The translations under genes and the position numbers were made by a program. Positions 62,111 through 64,000 of a DNA stretch of 64,000 nt are shown in pieces; the stretch's first letter is position 1; every line of letters begins with the position of its first letter. A model generated the notes under the pieces. That model saw nothing but the letters and a program-made list of their open reading frames with translations, searched no databases and was not told the origin of the DNA. The DNA comes from Amoebophrya sp. A120 (taxonomy: Eukaryota > Protista > Dinoflagellata): assembly GCA_905178155.1 (NCBI GenBank), contig CAJINV010000006.1, forward strand, positions 2,297,700-2,361,699, read 5' to 3'.

Positions 62111-64000
62111 TTATTTGGCCGTATGATCCTTGTCCCCTCCCGCTTTATCAGTCCGATGCTCGTGCTGTCCAGAAACTGCCGTGCGACCAACGCGGCCGTC
62201 AGAGTTGTCCATTGAACCTCCCACAGCTGCCACGTCCTCGTCGTCCAAGCGTGGTCTTTCTTTCGGTGCAAAGTCATCACTTCCAGACGTCTTGTTTAGC
62301 TGTACTGGCACAGTAGAGGGTACTAAGGGACGAGTCCTGGGGGACGATGTAGAAGAAGTGCCAGCTTTTGTAGTTTTTTCTGCGCCATCGTCGATTGCAG
62401 CTTCTTGCTGCTGCACTTGTTCATCTCCTGTTGTAGCTCCTGCAGTTTTTCTTTTATCGCAAGAAAAAACTGTTTCACTGTGAACTTGTGATGCATAGAA
62501 CGGAACGCAAATGTGTTTCTCTTGCTATACATGCAAGGCATTGGATTTTCACGCGTGTTTTCCCTTGGGAAGCGCGCATGACAAATTTTCAGTTTCATGT
62601 GTAGCAAACTTGTGATGCAGATCCTGCAAAGTCATCACAGTGAAACAGTTTTTTCGTAGGATATGTTTCCTCTTTATTACTACAATCGCTTTGAGGCTCT
62701 TTCGCCCGCACTCTCTGAATGTGGTCCATAACCATATGGCGTTCGCAACTGTTATACTCTCAACTGTTACATGAATTTGTGATGCCAGAAAGGCAAAAGT
62801 GAAAGTGGAAAGGTTGCGCCTTTTGCATTACAGGTTTGGAGGAGCACAGTGTAATGCTATAATCTAGCGCGTCGAGAACTTGTCATGCGGAGAAGGCTTG
62901 AAAATGAAATTGTGAAAAGTCATGATAGTGTTTTTGCATGACAAATCATGTAACAGTTGAGAATGTAATGTTTGAGAGTCCCATAAACCAGTTTGCGCAC
63001 GTCGACTTCTTGCGTCAAACTTGCCACCGGAAGTTCAACATCCCGAAATTTCCGCACGTAGTTATGCATTGCAAAAGGAAAAGCATCGTACGTAGTATAA
63101 ATCGCATGACGAATTTTATCAGGAAGAAAATTGGAATTTGTAATGCAGATTTGGATAGGAAACCAGATTTGTCATGCATTCCTGCAATTCATACGAGTAC
63201 GATACTTTTGCACAGGATAGTAGTCGTTCAGCCACGATTTCCGCGAAACTAGAAACGCACCCAGCTCCTGCTTGTACGGAATCATCATGCCGAGATCCCA
63301 GATTTTGATCCCGCGCTCGAGTAAAAACTCGCCGAGCAGAAGCAGCTGCACCTTCCCAGCGCCCGAATTCTCCTCCATATTGTCACGGTTGAAAAAGCCG
63401 GTCAAGCTCGTGTAAATCAGGCCGTTAGTGTATTGTGAGGAAAATAAATCGTCCCCCCTCGCCCTAGTGAAGATTGATGAAAAAGCGTATGCTTCTAAAA
63501 AATGTTTGCGATGCTGATTTGTGACAACATGAAATCCAGCGGGTCCGCCACATCACGCAGGCGATTTCTTTGTAATGCTGTTACGCCTACCTTGCAGGCC
63601 TCTGCTATTCGCCTACCTTGCGCCTACACCATCCAAAGCACCCCTAAAAAGGCTCGGGCTTTGCCTGCAGTGCCTCACTGCAATACAGAGCTAATTTGTG
63701 TAGACAAATCCAGCAACAGAAATTTTCGTTCGAATTGGAGACGAGGGGGGCTTTTTTATTTCGATATTGTGTACCCGAGCTCGCCTGCAATCAGCTGCCC
63801 TTTGTCGTTAAACAGCTCGACCGACCAAAAATTCACGTTCTTGTACACTTTCGGTGCAGGAGGAGGCGGCGGAAGTGAGGGCCCCTTCGACGAAGCGCCA
63901 GAGGACGACGAAATTTTCGCATTTTCCTTCCCAGCTGCCGATCGCATGTTGGCGCGACTAGTCGTGCCTGTGGTGTGCACGACCTCGGTGCGCGGCTTCT
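62111..64000 (-). CDS. Leucyl/phenylalanyl-tRNA--protein transferase-like (Aat/ATEL1 family) protein, 5'-partial; 4 introners
   Basis: WSVELFNDKGQLIAGELGYT|NGLIYTSLTGFF..GAGKVQLLLLGEFLLERGIKIWDLGMMIPYKQELGA fits the eukaryotic L/F-transferase-like pattern; frame continues to the stop at 62111. Confidence 0.82.
62455..62663. mobile_element. Introner family E
   Basis: TSD tcttt/tgttt. Confidence 0.85.
62735..62985. mobile_element. Introner family C
   Basis: TSD aacca. Confidence 0.9.
63063..63219. mobile_element. Introner family A
   Basis: TSD gtagt. Confidence 0.9.
63431..63766. mobile_element. Introner, singleton TIR type
   Basis: TIR ..cccccctcg; TSD tagtg/ttgtg. Confidence 0.85.

Noticed and set aside
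364-63766. Rule that every TSD contains a sense-strand G
   Set aside because: Counter-examples: CAACA (19378), CTACA (19608), CTTTT (41061), CCCCA (46922), CAACT (55134)

Overview
Eukaryotic genomic DNA. It is most likely a syndinian parasitic dinoflagellate of the Amoebophrya type, inferred from the intron system, one-strand gene clustering and alveolate-like proteins. All 10 reconstructable genes are on the minus strand: a ~2490-aa myosin, a G8/beta-helix (PKHD1L1/TMEM2-like) protein, a PAN/apple adhesin-like membrane protein, an L/F-tRNA-protein transferase-like gene, and several secreted or type-I membrane proteins of unknown function. The genes are interrupted by about 85 MITE-like introner elements (150-420 bp) from at least 7 multi-copy TIR families plus singletons. 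Nearly all follow one rule: 5-bp direct repeat + TAT...ATA + 5-bp direct repeat. Removing each element plus one repeat copy restores the reading frame and conserved motifs, so they must be removed precisely, and most lack GT-AG. They work in either orientation, share an internal TTGTNATGC motif, were found only inside coding sequence, and several appear to be evolving into canonical GTAC-AG introns. All coordinates and counts were made by hand, so a few may be off by 1-2 nt.
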